This document shows positions 27,237 to 40,700 of a stretch of DNA of 64,000 nucleotides, one piece after another. Source of the stretch: Azolla caroliniana (Eukaryota > Plantae > Polypodiophyta); contig JBHGNT010000006.1 of assembly GCA_043228905.1 (NCBI GenBank), forward strand, positions 2,356,001 to 2,420,000, given 5' to 3'. The notes beneath the pieces were generated by a model. It was not told the DNA's origin, ran no database searches, and saw only the letters and a program-made list of their open reading frames with translations. Position numbers and translations under genes: made by a program. Within the stretch, counting starts at the first letter, position 1, and every line of letters begins with the position of its first letter.

Positions 27237-29178
27237 TCGAATCTCTGTCTCTGTCTCTGTCTCTGTCTCTGTCTCTGTCTCGGTTATGTATTTTCCCGTG
27301 TTTCTTCTGCTTCTTAAAATTCGGTTCTTTTCTCCATGCTTGCCGCTCTTATTTTCTTTCTTACTTCCTTTAGTTTGCTTTGCTATTTCTCCCCTGCTTT
27401 TCTGGATTTAATGCGCACTTCGGTGTCCACGACATGGTAGGAAATTTCGCAGAGAGCTTTTGTGAGTATATGAGCTTTAGAAGTAGAAGAAGATCACTGA
27501 TTGGATGGGTTTAAGGTTAGCCTCTGTTCATCGATCAGGGTTTAGTTTGTGTTTTAGGTTTTAAGGGTCTGTTTTTTTTTCTTGGCATGCACATTCAAAT
27601 ATTCCTGAACACCATATTGCGGACCATTTCCATATGTCTTGAATCCACTAGAATGAAAGATATGTATTTTATTTGTAATTTCTCTGTGGTAAGCATCCTA
27701 TTTTCCATGAGATTGTCAGTAGGGGATTTCGAGGCATTATCAAACAAACATACAGAAGAGAAAGACTACACAGATTAATGCTAGTGTTGCTAATGGTGCC
27801 AGTAAGGTGGGGTATGCTTCCAATTACCTCCCCAAAATGAGCGCAACGAGTTCGAAACACTTGCAAATGCCTGGAAAGGCACATTTTTAAGCATGAAAAT
27901 ACTCGTTTTGAGAAACTATTGTCAGGGTATATTGATTGACTGGGATTTATTTGTTCCTTCCTAGAAATACCTACTGTATCCCAAGCACAGAAACACGTGT
28001 TTTCCCTAACTATTTTGATCGTACACATGCATTTTTCTGCTGGACTTTCAATCATTACAGAAACTATTAACAATGGACTTTCACTCATTCCCTTGATGCA
28101 AATGTTGTTGCACAAAACTGTTGTTGCCAATTACGATCTCAATGCTGACCAAGTTATTGGAAATTTCCAGTCTAATCTTTGACTTGAGCAGAGATTCTGT
28201 GGGAGACCGTAAAAATGAACTCTCAAGGATTCCCGAGCTACAAGACCACCTAGAATTGTTAATTGGACAAACCACCTGACCATTATCACTGTTCAATGGC
28301 TCCCCATCCTTCTGCCAGGGAAACAACCATGGACAAGGGATGTATGTCTCATGCCACTTGTATTCACCCCCATGGGATTACCTGACGGTTTCTGCACTAG
28401 CTCTGGGTGTATGTCATTACAGCATTGGCCTCCACTGTCTCTCAATATCAGACCATGGCTGTGCTTATTCTCATTGACAGATTGCATGCAGGATGACTGG
28501 TAGCCGGAATATATTCCACGTAACTAAGTAAAGTTTCCAAAATGGGAGGGATGGATTTTTGGTGTTCTGAAGTTTTGAGTGTTAGTAGAAATTAGGTTTA
28601 ATATTATATGAAAAACTAAACTAAATTCCCTCCATAGGAATCAAACACCCAAGTTTTAAGGCCATACTCTAGCATATGCAAGTGGATCCATCTTTGATTC
28701 ATGGTCCCATGTGGAAAAGGATAGGATGAAAATTCCTATTTCCTTTTATAACATATGATGACAGGAAAGGAAAAAAGAAATGAGACTGGGAACAGAGAGC
28801 TGAAAATGACTATCCTCGTGACTATGCTGTTAGCCTTTTGTGGGGCTGGAACTTGGTATCAGGGGTAAGTAACAGGAGGTAGGTATATAATCAATAAGGG
28901 AACTAGGTATATAATCAACTTGATGGTACTAGGTAAACAGTTTGGAAAAAGGAGAATAGGGAACTGTGGCGTAAAAATTTGTAGAATGTAAAAGACGTAA
29001 AAATATATTACAGTTAATCCATGTATGAAATCTCGACATTGGTACACGATGTAATACACACCAACATATTTAAACTAACTTTAAGCTTCCAGATATTGAA
29101 AGATTACCCTGACTTAACAGTGCTTGACATAAGTTAAGACAAGATACAGAAACATATGGATAAATGTTATGTTTGATG

Positions 29179-29292
29179 GGGACGAATGTAAGTTATGCAT
29201 CTTGAAAGAAAATCCAGGGACCAATGTAAGTTATGCATCTTGAAAGAAAATCCAGGGACCAATGTAAGTTGTGCATCTTGAAAGAAAATCCA
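29179..29292. repeat. 38-bp minisatellite, 3 copies
   Basis: gggac(g/c)aatgtaagtt(a/g)tgcatcttgaaagaaaatcca at 29179, 29217 and 29255. Confidence 0.9.
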
Positions 29293-30539
29293 AAGGATGG
29301 CATGTGGAGAGTGAAGGGTAAGGAGTGGGGAAAATGCTGTGAATAGATTGGTCGGAAAGGATTGTTGGGGAAGGTGTGTATAATTGTCAAAAATGGCAAT
29401 TTGATCTCTTCGCCTGCAATTTGAAGCATCTGATTGCCATGCACACAAAGAAATTGACGATGAATATGTAATTAGTCAATAAATTAGAAATGGTCAATAA
29501 ATTTCATTTCATTACTTACAGTATAGAAGGGCAACATGTCACAGTTTATACTTGACATATTACTTGTCCTTTGCATAACTTCAAGCTGATGACAAAGGAC
29601 GATGTGCGGAGAATGAATGACAAGGAGTGGAAAATGATTGTGAATAGATTTATGGGAAAAGATACTAGAGTTGGAGTAAACAGTAGAAGGAAATCAACAT
29701 TGGACATCTGGACTGGTTGATAAATTGGAAACAATTGAAATATTCATTGCCCGTTGCATACATGAAAATCCAATGGACTGCATGAGAAGAGTGAAGAACA
29801 AGGAGTTGGGAATTGGCTAAAAATAGTATGATGGCAAAGGATAGAAGAGTTGGTGTAGACAGTAGAAGGAGAACAATAGAGAAACTTTGAACAACTGTAA
29901 AAATGTGGCAATTTCATCGCTTCCCCTATGATATGAAGCATCCAATTGCTATGCACATGCTGAAATTGCGAATAAACATATGATTAGTCAATACATTAGA
30001 AATGATTGAAATATACAGGTAGATAGATTTTATTTCATTTCGACATATTATTTGCCCGTCTGCGTAACTTCAAATAATGAATCACATATTGAAGAGGTGC
30101 TTGTAACTAGAAGTCACTCCAGAATCCTGGGCAGAGCTCAGGATAACTGGTCTTTCCACATAGTAATGTTTCTGTTTGGATAATAAATGTCCCTGTATGG
30201 GATCTAATGTTTTGACTGAATCTTGTGAGTTGGTCTTTGGATGATGTCCACATGGAGGAGAGAACAAACTAATGTTAGACCAGGGACAAGACAAGCTTGT
30301 CCGACAGACAGAGAGAACAAACTAATGCTAGACCAGGGACAGGACAAGCTTGTCAGAAAGACACTATACATAGTGGCACTCAAATGCTGATTGAAAATAA
30401 AGCAAGCCACAAAAAAGTTCGAATAATACTTGAAGAATATCTAGTAGTTAGTCATGGGTGCAAGGTTGCAATATGTTTCTAATTATGGATGATTTTACTC
30501 TCTGCATTAAGAACATTCCTATGGTTTAATACAGGCGAT

Positions 30540-31613
30540 ATGATGCTTGCTCCAAAACGACCCGCTGAAGATGCTTTGGTGCCAGTGGCAGCCAAAAGGC
30601 AGCAAACTGAGGGCATTTTAACCACTGTTAATGGAAGTATTCAAGTCCCAAAGCCATCTTTTAATGGAATCAGAAGGACTTCAGGTCTCGAGTCTCCTAT
30701 TATGCTGCTTACAGGACATCAAGGTGCAATCTATACCATGAAATTTCATCCTGAAGGAAAAGTTATAGCATCTGGTTCTCATGACAAGGACATTTTCCTT
30801 TGGAATGTATATGGTGAAAATGATAATTTCATGGTATTGAAAGGCCATCGAAATGCAGTCCTAGATCTTCACTGGACTGCGGATGGGTCAAAAATTGTAT
30901 CAGCCAGTCCAGATAAGACACTTCGGGCATGGGATGCTGAGGTGGGAAGGCAAGTAAAGAAAATGGCTGAGCATTCTTCTTTTGTCAATGCTTGCTGCCC
31001 AGCAAGAAGAGGTCCACCACTTGTAGTCAGTGGATCTGATGATGGCACCGCCAAATTATGGGATCTTCGGCATCGTGGTGCAATACAAACACTACCTGAC
31101 AAGTATCAGATCACAGCTGTTGGTTTTTCCGATGGTGCAGATAAGGTCTATAGTGGAGGTATCGATAATGAAATCAAAGTGTGGGACCTGAGGAAGAATG
31201 AGGTCATGATGCATCTCCAAGGGCATACCGATACCATCACAGGAATGGAGCTTAGTCCAGATGGGTCTTATCTTCTTAGCAATTCTATGGATTGCACTCT
31301 TCGCATATGGGATATGCGGCCTTATGCACCACAGAATCGGTGTGTAAAAGTTCTGACTGGTCATCAACACAATTTTGAGAAGAACCTTTTGAAGTGTAGT
31401 TGGTCTGCTGATGGGAGTAAGGTAACTGCAGGCAGTGCTGATCGTATGGTATATATATGGGATACTACATCAAGAAGGATTCTTTATAAGCTTCCAGGTC
31501 ATTCGGGATCGGTGAATGAGTGTGTTTTCCATCCAAAAGAGCCTATAATTGGATCATGCAGTAGTGATAAGCAGATATATCTCGGAGAGATAGAGTCTGG
31601 CAACTTGTTCTAG
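30540..31613 (+). CDS. SNRNP40: U5 snRNP 40-kDa WD40 protein (SNRNP40-like), single coding exon
   Basis: RTSGLESPIMLLTGH, seven WD repeats, WDMRPYAPQNRCVK, HNFEKNLL and ILYKLPGH.GSVNE..FHP.EPII.S.SSDKQIYLGEI. Acceptor aatacag ends at 30534, just before the ATG at 30540, so the ORF-track start at 30489 is probably intronic. Confidence 0.93.
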   Translation: MMLAPKRPAEDALVPVAAKRQQTEGILTTVNGSIQVPKPSFNGIRRTSGLESPIMLLTGHQGAIYTMKFHPEGKVIASGSHDKDIFLWNVYGENDNFMVLKGHRNAVLDLHWTADGSKIVSASPDKTLRAWDAEVGRQVKKMAEHSSFVNACCPARRGPPLVVSGSDDGTAKLWDLRHRGAIQTLPDKYQITAVGFSDGADKVYSGGIDNEIKVWDLRKNEVMMHLQGHTDTITGMELSPDGSYLLSNSMDCTLRIWDMRPYAPQNRCVKVLTGHQHNFEKNLLKCSWSADGSKVTAGSADRMVYIWDTTSRRILYKLPGHSGSVNECVFHPKEPIIGSCSSDKQIYLGEIESGNLF

Positions 31614-32936
31614 TAACTGTTTGTTTTTATTGTCTGGTTAGTTTACGAATTGTATTCCTTATTCACATGGCAGAGGTGATCTTCTGCACCATGCCATGTC
31701 TAAAGACTACTGACAAGAGTTACTGTACTTTTGTAAAAGTTGTGCTCTTCATGTCCATCTAGGGAAAGTTTGAATATATGATATTCAAGTCATGGACATG
31801 TTGCACCTTTTGCTAAAAAAATTGTGGTTTGGTAATTCCTTCAGCCTTGTCTGTTTTACAATTGTGAATGTGAAAGAATGGAAACATAAGGTCATTAATG
31901 TGGTTTGAACTTGGGAATTGTTACATGCTCATGTAATTTCACGCTATTGATTTTAGTGATGTGAATCCCATGGTGTCTTGTTAATATAGGGGAGATTATA
32001 TTTCCATGGAGTGAATGGAAAAGCTGGGATCAGACTGATGCTTTTGTCAAATCCAATTCAAAAGTATATAATGCTTGGTTGATCTTATGAAACTATATAA
32101 TGCTTGGTTTGTTCAAAATTCCTTGTATTTGATCATTGGCAAATCTAGAAAGAGTTTGTGAAAAATGTTTTTTGGTTTGCATGCATAAAGCTTTATGAAA
32201 ATGAATTGTGTAAATAATCCTTCTCAATCGTTAAAAATATATTTGAGATGGGTGCCTTCTAATGACATGCATTAAAAAGGTGTTCTAGCAAAAAAATGAT
32301 CAGAGTTTTTTGGAAGTTTGTTACATATTAACTAGCTGTTGCTGAGGGGCTTCTTTTTACTCTCTTTTGGCATTTGTCCTATATATTTGGAGTTACATCA
32401 GCCTATTGTGTGCGTGATCAAGCCATTGCAACATGATTATTCTCATCCTAATTATTATTCTTAAGACATCACATAAGAAACATGTAATGTGAAAGCTATG
32501 TAAATGTGTGATAGCTAGGAGAAGCTTTGACATGGATCAAATTGAAACGTGTTTTAACCTCCCAAAAGTTTTCAATAACAAGTAACCTTGATCCCTTTTT
32601 GTATGTATTATGAGAGTGAAAATGGTAGATAATGTTAGATTCTTTCATTGCATTTCCATCTTGTGAAAGCATAACATGTTTTTCAATATCCGACATTCAC
32701 ATAGACTGTTTCGCTTTGCTTGTTTGTACATGTTAGGCATGCTCAACGTCCCCCTCACTTTATAAGGTACACTCCCTTAAAGTAGTACAATGTGTAAGAC
32801 CTCATTACAAAGGAAACACATGTTTCAACCCCAATGTTGATTGGAAGATAATTTTAACATGAAAAAGGTCTTGAGTTGTGGGTTGTAGGACCTAGGGCAT
32901 CGTTCATTAAAGATATTTCTATGGCCGAGACCATAA

Positions 32937-33200
32937 ATACAACAAAAAAGTGACATTGTTGAATACCAAAATCGAATGATTGTCGATATAGCAAGGTGCA
33001 TGCTAATGGATACATAATTGTAAAATCGATTTTGAGTTGATGTGAAAATGATCTTTTAATAAAGGCACAAGTGACCACATCATGGATACAACAAAAAGGG
33101 GACATTGTTGAGTACCAAAATTGAATGATTGTCAATATAGCAAGGTGCATGTTAATGGATACATAATTGTAAAATCAATTTTGTGTTGATTGAACACGGT
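32937..33200. repeat. 149-bp-period tandem duplication (2 copies)
   Basis: atacaacaaaaa(a/g)..gacattgttga.taccaaaat.gaatgattgtc.atatagcaaggtgcatg.taatggatacataattgtaaaatc at 32937 and 33086. Confidence 0.88.
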
Positions 33201-36200
33201 CTTTTGAAAACAAGCTATAAAGAAACCAATGATGAGATATGACATGAGGCATAATCTTGTGTGAAGTGGTTGAGAAGCAATTTGTTTCCCATTTCCAAGA
33301 TTTTTGGTGCGACAAATAGAAAGCACCAAATGTATCTCGTTGGGTTACAAGTGATGGGACACAACTTACAAGTTGTTGTGTAAAAGAGTATATCATCTTA
33401 CAACAAGGACAAAGAGAGTTCTTCGAAGGAAAGTGAATGTGAATATAAATCAACATCAAACCAGAGTGTTGATATTCATAAAAAATTAAGGACCTAATCA
33501 ATATTCATAACATGAAAAATGTTATCTCTTAAAGTCGTCACAACAAGAGGACAAGATATCTAACACTCTTAAAAAGTTTAGCCTTACTATATTGTCCATT
33601 TGTTCCATCTTCTCTTTTACATGATTGGAGTTCAGCCTACCAAATAAAAGTGTAAAAAACCCCATTCCCCCGCTTGGCAAAACATAAAGAATATGGATAT
33701 GTTGAAATGTTCTCCTTCTCACTTTCCCACCTTAGAAGACATGGATTGTGGCCATCGTAGTAAGTCTAACTTGAAGGCATGCGCCCTTTCTTGATGTCAA
33801 TATATGCCGAAGTTTCTTCAATAAGACCTAGAACTAGTTTCATGTTGGCCAAATCTGAAGATTGCTCAAGATGTGAAGGCCTACAAGCATGTGATAAGCA
33901 TGCATAATGATGGTTAGCGCTTGTGCATGACCTCATTGAGGCCACTTACTATTGAAGAGAGTGTACACATTGATGTTTTTCTTCCATGATAAAGTGGACT
34001 AGCCTCACCCTCAAACCATTTCTCTATCAATTGTCCTTACCTTTTCTAGGCCCTTGGGGTGTGATTAGGTTGTTAACAATATTGTGCCACTTCTTAAAAG
34101 AAACCCTTGAACACTAGGATGAATCATGAACTTGGAATCTATAATAGTATTCATCATAATCTATCATAGTCATTATCGTGGCAACATTATGCATTGATGT
34201 GTTAGAAATATCTTCAATATGATAGTTCCTTTTTGAAGAATGGTGACCAAGTGTCCCACTATTGTGACACATCTTAATTGTTACTAGTGGCCTTGTCAAG
34301 TTGGATATATGTAGAAGTGTATGAAGTATAATATGCATTGCTCATAGCAAAACCAATCACCACTATTTGTCAATCTTAATAAATATTGACATAATTTGAT
34401 TATACCAACAAAAGTTTCACCTTATAGGTACATTATTGACACGTATATATATGGAAAAGTCATCCTTTACAGTTCAACGATAAGGAGATAAGAATGTGCC
34501 CCTTTTAACTAATTGGACTACCTTTTACATGAAATCTTGGCAAATTATTTCACTACCTTGAAAATTGTTATGATTTTGGTTTTCTGATGTTGACGCAACT
34601 TCAACCCCCACACGATCAACTTTCGATGTGACTCTTCGAGGTTGTTAACATACCTCAATGTATAGATTAGGTAAATCTATGTTATTGTAGCTAGATGCTC
34701 CTTAGATTTGTTTTTTTATCTACAAAGAAGCATCAAACATAACTTTGTCCTCTTGCATGTTGTCTAAATAGCTATGAACTCACATTTGAAGGATAGAGAG
34801 CATTCAATTAAGTGATTATTGAGCGTCATGTGGCCACAAACATTTGTAACAAGATATATCTTGTTAGCCTCAAACAATTCACTATTGATATGTCAAGCTT
34901 ATATAGATGTGTGGAAGTAGTGTGTGTTCCATGTAGTGAACCACTCCTCAGGCTCTCTAGGATGACTAGATTTTATTTCACGTTTCACAGTAACAATGAT
35001 GAAATCTCTAAACCTATATGGCTAGAACTAGAACTAAGGTAATTCTTTTCTTCTTTGTAATGCCTTTGTTTAAGCCTCCACATTTGATCACTCATGTTCG
35101 AGATGCACCGGTTGCAAACTACAATGATTCTTAGCGCAACTTGCTTGAAATGAACCTTAGCTTCATAAAACATGCACTGTCTCCACATGCTAGCTATTAG
35201 AGGTGACAACTTGATGTAATGCATATTGTCCCAAATTTTCATTAAGAATACTAGGATTTGGCTCCAAAACAAGGTGCTCGTTATAAAAAATAAAAAATAA
35301 ACCAAATAGTAGAACTTTACTTTGTAATTTCTTTAATGGATATACTGCTATTGTTAAGAGTTTTCCGTACCATGGTTAAGTTACTAAGGTATGAAGGAAA
35401 ACAAAAAACAAGTGGGAGGCATATCTTTTAACTTCGCACATAAGATTCATTTCACTTAGCACAAGAATCAAACTCTTGCGCTCTTGGAGCCTTATAGTTC
35501 TCTTCCTTTTGAGTTTGTGAAGTACTCCAATATGATGCCTAGATACAACATTAACTTTTGACTAACAGAGTCAAAGACAATAGTATACCTAGAGCTATAA
35601 TACAGTTGTAGGTCCCTTGTCCATGAGTTTGTGTTTCCATGTTGAATGCTCGTCATCGGTGATTGAAATAGTCATATCTTATGAGCATGGTGTATAGAAG
35701 GGTAATACGCCACAATCCTTCTTGGAAAGAAAAAACACCTTATACTCTCTCTTTTTCATCTCACGGCCTTATAAAGACCATTGAAAGAAAGAGCAAAGGC
35801 ACGGGTGTAACGGTTTTCTCACAAGAAAGAGTTTGTTCCTTCGTGGAATTCTACGATTGTATTATTGCATACGGGGTTCATAGCTCCTCCCTCGATCAAG
35901 TGAGAACCAAGAGAACCTTGTGCTAGTATGCAAGCACATTTGTGGGTCGGACAATGTAAGGTATGAAACGGAGCTAGGCGGATAGCTAGTGTGGATGGAG
36001 GGCATGGACATCGCGGATGTATGAAGGGGTGGCACATGCGTCACAGGTTGTGTAAAGAAGGAAGATCAGCGGCACGCAATGAAGAGAAGGGTGTCTCCTT
36101 TGTATCCATTCTAAGGGTCCATAGATTTATATATGTATGTATATACATTTGTACACACAACTTACAAGAGAGAGAGAGAGACAAGAAGGGGAAGGAAGTA

Positions 36201-36768
36201 AGAAAGTAAGAAAGTAGTGAAGGTGAACCGTTTGCCCCCTGCCCCAACTAGATCCTCGTACGGAAGATTCCCTTTTTTCTCATAAAACGGGCCTAGTTTT
36301 GTAAATTTCCATAAAAAGTAGATTTCCTATTATTTTCATTAATTTATTGAATGAAGATAGATAACCTAATATAACATATATATGGTAAGGTAGTATATAT
36401 TGAAGTGGATTTATTTGTTCTTCTTCTCAAAGACATGTTTTATCCCTCTTAATCTCTCATCAATCCCCCTCTTTGATCTGAGAATTAAGCCCCCCCCCCC
36501 CTTTAATCACAACCATTAATGCCCATCTCCTTTTAAAATTTTAAATTAATCCACACTCTTTGAGATTCTCGCAATCTTCATCCCTCTTACTTAATCCTGC
36601 CACTAATTCCTGACAATCACACCGATACCCTTTCTAATCTCAACATTCAGCTCTCTTAATCATTCCATTAATTCCCATTACTCCCTTCTAATCTCAGCAT
36701 TGATCCCCTCTTAATCTCTCATTGCTAATGATTGTAAGAATCAGAAGAATGGTGACCAAAATTTTAAT

Positions 36769-36982
36769 ATGAGTTCAAATCATCATCATCATCATCACCA
36801 TATGAATAGTAGTAGTAATAACAAAATGAAGAGCTACATGATGAGCCCAAAACAGATGCCTGCAAGATCAGCTGCAGCTGCAGATGGTTTCCAAAGGAAT
36901 GGTAGAGCTTGGTAAAAATCATCAGTTAGCAATCAGTGGCTACTTCATTCTTTCTTTTTGATCAAGCAACATTTTTACATAC

Positions 36983-37025
<43 letters not shown>

Positions 37026-37752
37026 GGTTTGTGGCTACAGAGCTGCAGAGTGATCTGGTAGTGGAAGTTGGAGACATAAGCTTCAATCTGCACAAGGTAT
37101 CAGACAAAATCATGTGTAAAGAAAATTAAAATGAATGAATTATAAACAGTTAAAAAGATTTCACATCTCCCTGTTTCTTAACGGAAAAAACTGCCACAAT
37201 ACAAATTTTCTTTTTGGCAGTTCCCTCTACTCTCTCGGAGCGGCCGGCTCAACCGTCTCGTGTTCGAATCGCGGGACACCCAGAAAGACCACATCCGGCT
37301 GCCGGACATGCCGGGCGGGCCAGAGGCCTTCATAATGGCCTCCAAGTTCTGCTACGGGGTCTCGGTCGACCTCACGCCCGCCAACATAGCGGCACTGAGG
37401 TGCGCTTCGGAGTACCTGGAGATGACCGAGGACCTCGGGGAAGGCAACCTCATCTCGAAGACCGAGGCCTTCCTCAGCTTCGTAGTCCTCGCATCGTGGA
37501 AGGACTCCATCACCGTGCTGCGGAGCCTCGGCCGGCCGCCGTGTGACCCGACTCTCGGGGCGTGGGCCGAGAAGCTACACATTGTGAGGCGGTGCAGCGA
37601 GTCGGTCGCCTGGAAGGCGTGCACCGACCCTAGAGGCCTCGCGTTGGCGTACACCAAAGCCAGGGCAGAATCTAAGAATGGTGAGGATCTCTCATCCAGC
37701 TGTTACACTAGTGGTAGTACATTCACCACAAACACTACCTCTACCAATCCTC

Positions 37753-37785
<33 letters not shown>

Positions 37786-40700
37786 CTAATGAGGATCAAG
37801 CTAGTGAGACTAATCACAAGAATCACCAGAAGAAGCAGAAGATGAAGGATGCATACAGGAATCATAGCATGATGATGGTGAGCAATGGCAATCAAGTCCC
37901 TCAAGATTGGTGGGTTGAGGATCTACTAGAATTGGCCCCACCCTATTTTGTGAAGGTAATGAATGCAATCAAATCCAAAGGGATGAAGCCAGACATAGTT
38001 GGGGGAGCAGTGGTAAGATATGGATCGAAATGGGTACCTGGATTAATCGATCACGATCACGATTATGAAGAAGGAGAAGAAGAAGATCATGACACACAAT
38101 GCATGGAGCATGAGGTAACTGCATTGATATTAGATGACAAGATTTGTTTCAATATAGAACCAAATGGCAATGGTCATCATGCCCATTATTCAGTTAATGG
38201 CTCATTAACTAAAGAAGCTTCGAGTTCGGTGAAGAAAGACCATCCATATAGAATTCAAAGCAGTGGTAATTTGCAGGGATTAAAGCACAGAACTATGGTG
38301 GAAGGGCTAGTAGGATTGCTGCCCAATGAGAAAGATTTATGTAGCTACAAAGTGCCTTGTGGGTTCTTGCTAAAGTTACTAAGGATAGGGAACCTGTTAG
38401 GTGTGAGTGAGGAGTGTAGACAAGAAGTGGAAAGAAGGGTTGGGTTGCAATTAGATGAAGCTAATGTGGGTGATTTGCTCATCCCATCTCTACTACTAAC
38501 CAATGGTGGGCTTCCAAAGGTAGGGGAGGTTAATTTAGGGGGTCATTTAGTTTCTTTGGAGGGGGACAAAGAAGGAGATAGGTATCTTCATCACATCATG
38601 TTTGATGTAGACTTAGTGCATCGGCTTGTCACGATCTTCCTTTCACACCTTACGCATGATGGCGCGGAATCTGGCCATGGTGCTATACCGGAACCTTGCA
38701 CACGCGGTGATATGCCGGGGTATCCACCCGGGAGTACCTTTGAGTTTCCAAGTGACCATGCTAGAACAACAACAACAACAACAACAACTACTACTACTAC
38801 TACTATTAATATGTCCGTGGACAAATATTCTCATGACCGGCATGAGGGCGACTCGAAGTATTCGAAATTGAATCGGGTTGGGAAACTTTTGGATGACTAC
38901 CTTGCGGAAGTGGCCCGAGATACACACCTCCCTATCTCTAAACTCCGAGTTCTTGCCGAGATGCTTCCTGACACCGCACGCTCTTGCCATGATGGGCTCT
39001 ATGGTGCCATCGATACTTACTTGAAGGTAAAACTCTACTCTCATGTGAATGAACTAAATCCAATTATTTGCTAATATAAGGCCCCATTAAATAAGTCTCA
39101 AAGTACTCATTCCTCAACCCAAACCTGGGTAGGGAATGGGATATTGCCCAACAATTTCTCTTGTGTACCCTCTATTTAACTTAGTTGAGTGCATCAAGAG
39201 GCCACAAACTTGTCTCTCACCTCATCTAGGTACTTAAGGTCCATGCCACATCTACATACCTTCCGACTTATCTTGTGATGTCTAGTTCAAGCTACTTGAA
39301 AGAGAAACAAACCTAGTGTGGGATTTTATATATTTCACAATAATGTTGCACTTAGAAAACGTTTATGCACAATGTCGTGAGGTTAATATTGGTTCAATAT
39401 AGATAATTATAGTCAATATTCCAATGACATGCACACACAAAAATCATATCGATGCATTGAAACTTTATTGGATATAGATCGACAAAATTGAACCTAATGC
39501 TTTTGCAACATTACAGTTGTTTGTTCAAGTTTCGAGCAATGGCTTTCATTTTGTGGTCACAGTAAATAACTCTTTATTCTTAGTTTGAGATCAAAGTTTG
39601 AATGTTGTCTTTGGCAACATTGACATTGACTATTTTTCGATGACGCAAGACTCTTTACATTTTAGAGGTCATGCACATTAACAATCTGCTCCTAAAAGAT
39701 ATGAATATTCAAATTTAGCATTGATTAACATTGACATATTGTCTCATAGTATTAGGGACAAGGTAGCGAACCAATACCTAATATGTCAAACGACTATATT
39801 ATGCTACACATAATAATGGATAAGCATGGTATTGGAAATTTCAATGGACCTTAGTTAGCATTTGGATTAACACTAACGGTATTAGTAATATCCTAATGCT
39901 ATTGGGTGATTAATGGAGTAGCAAACAATATTTGGATAAAATCATCAACTAATGAGGGTACATCAATAAACATGCAAACACTATTTTGACAAATATGTCA
40001 AAAATTTTATATTACGTTATGCATAATGATGAGTAGTCATACCATTGGGTACCACAATGTATTCGCATATAATACCCACAAAGGAAAAGATGTTAATAAT
40101 GCCTAACTGTATATTGAGATCATAACTTTCGTCATAATGAATACATATTTTATGACGCATGTGAAGTTTAATTTTTTCGTACACTTGTATAACCTATACT
40201 AGAATGATATATCTATGTATGTGTCGTTGAAAATAGAAACCAATATTCTAATCTCCCCGTAAACAAATCCTAACTAAAAGTAAAACAAGTTCATTTTGTG
40301 TGGTCAATATTGACCAATAATGGTGCTAAATTTATCATTTTGTTGTTGTCAAAATTAAAAATAATATGGGGTCATGTTCAAAAGTGAAGATAGATATATA
40401 ATATTAGAATAAGATTTAATCCAAAATCCAAGCCTTTTTATGTATGGACTAACATACTTTAGTTTAGAGGTAACCTAGTTTCCAACTAGCAACACCTTCA
40501 ACTTAGACAACACATCTTTTAGTTCTATTCATATTTGGGTGTGTTTGTTTACATTTGTTTGTTCAACTTTCTATTGTAAGTATTTTGCAAATGTTGATAC
40601 TCTTAGAAGTTAGAATAAATGTGTTAATCTTGATACAACCTTGGGAAAAAAGAAAATACACATCCTCGGCTTTGGAACTTGTATGGTGGTAGTTGTTTGT

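Noticed and set aside
28754-28803. Box C/D snoRNA (ATGATGA...CTGA) in the SNRNP40 leader intron
   Set aside because: Only ~50 nt between the boxes, with no terminal stem and no recognisable rRNA antisense element.
33500-35300. Short minus-strand ORFs between SNRNP40 and NPH3
   Set aside because: No domain motifs or splice-consistent structure; probably old repeat debris.
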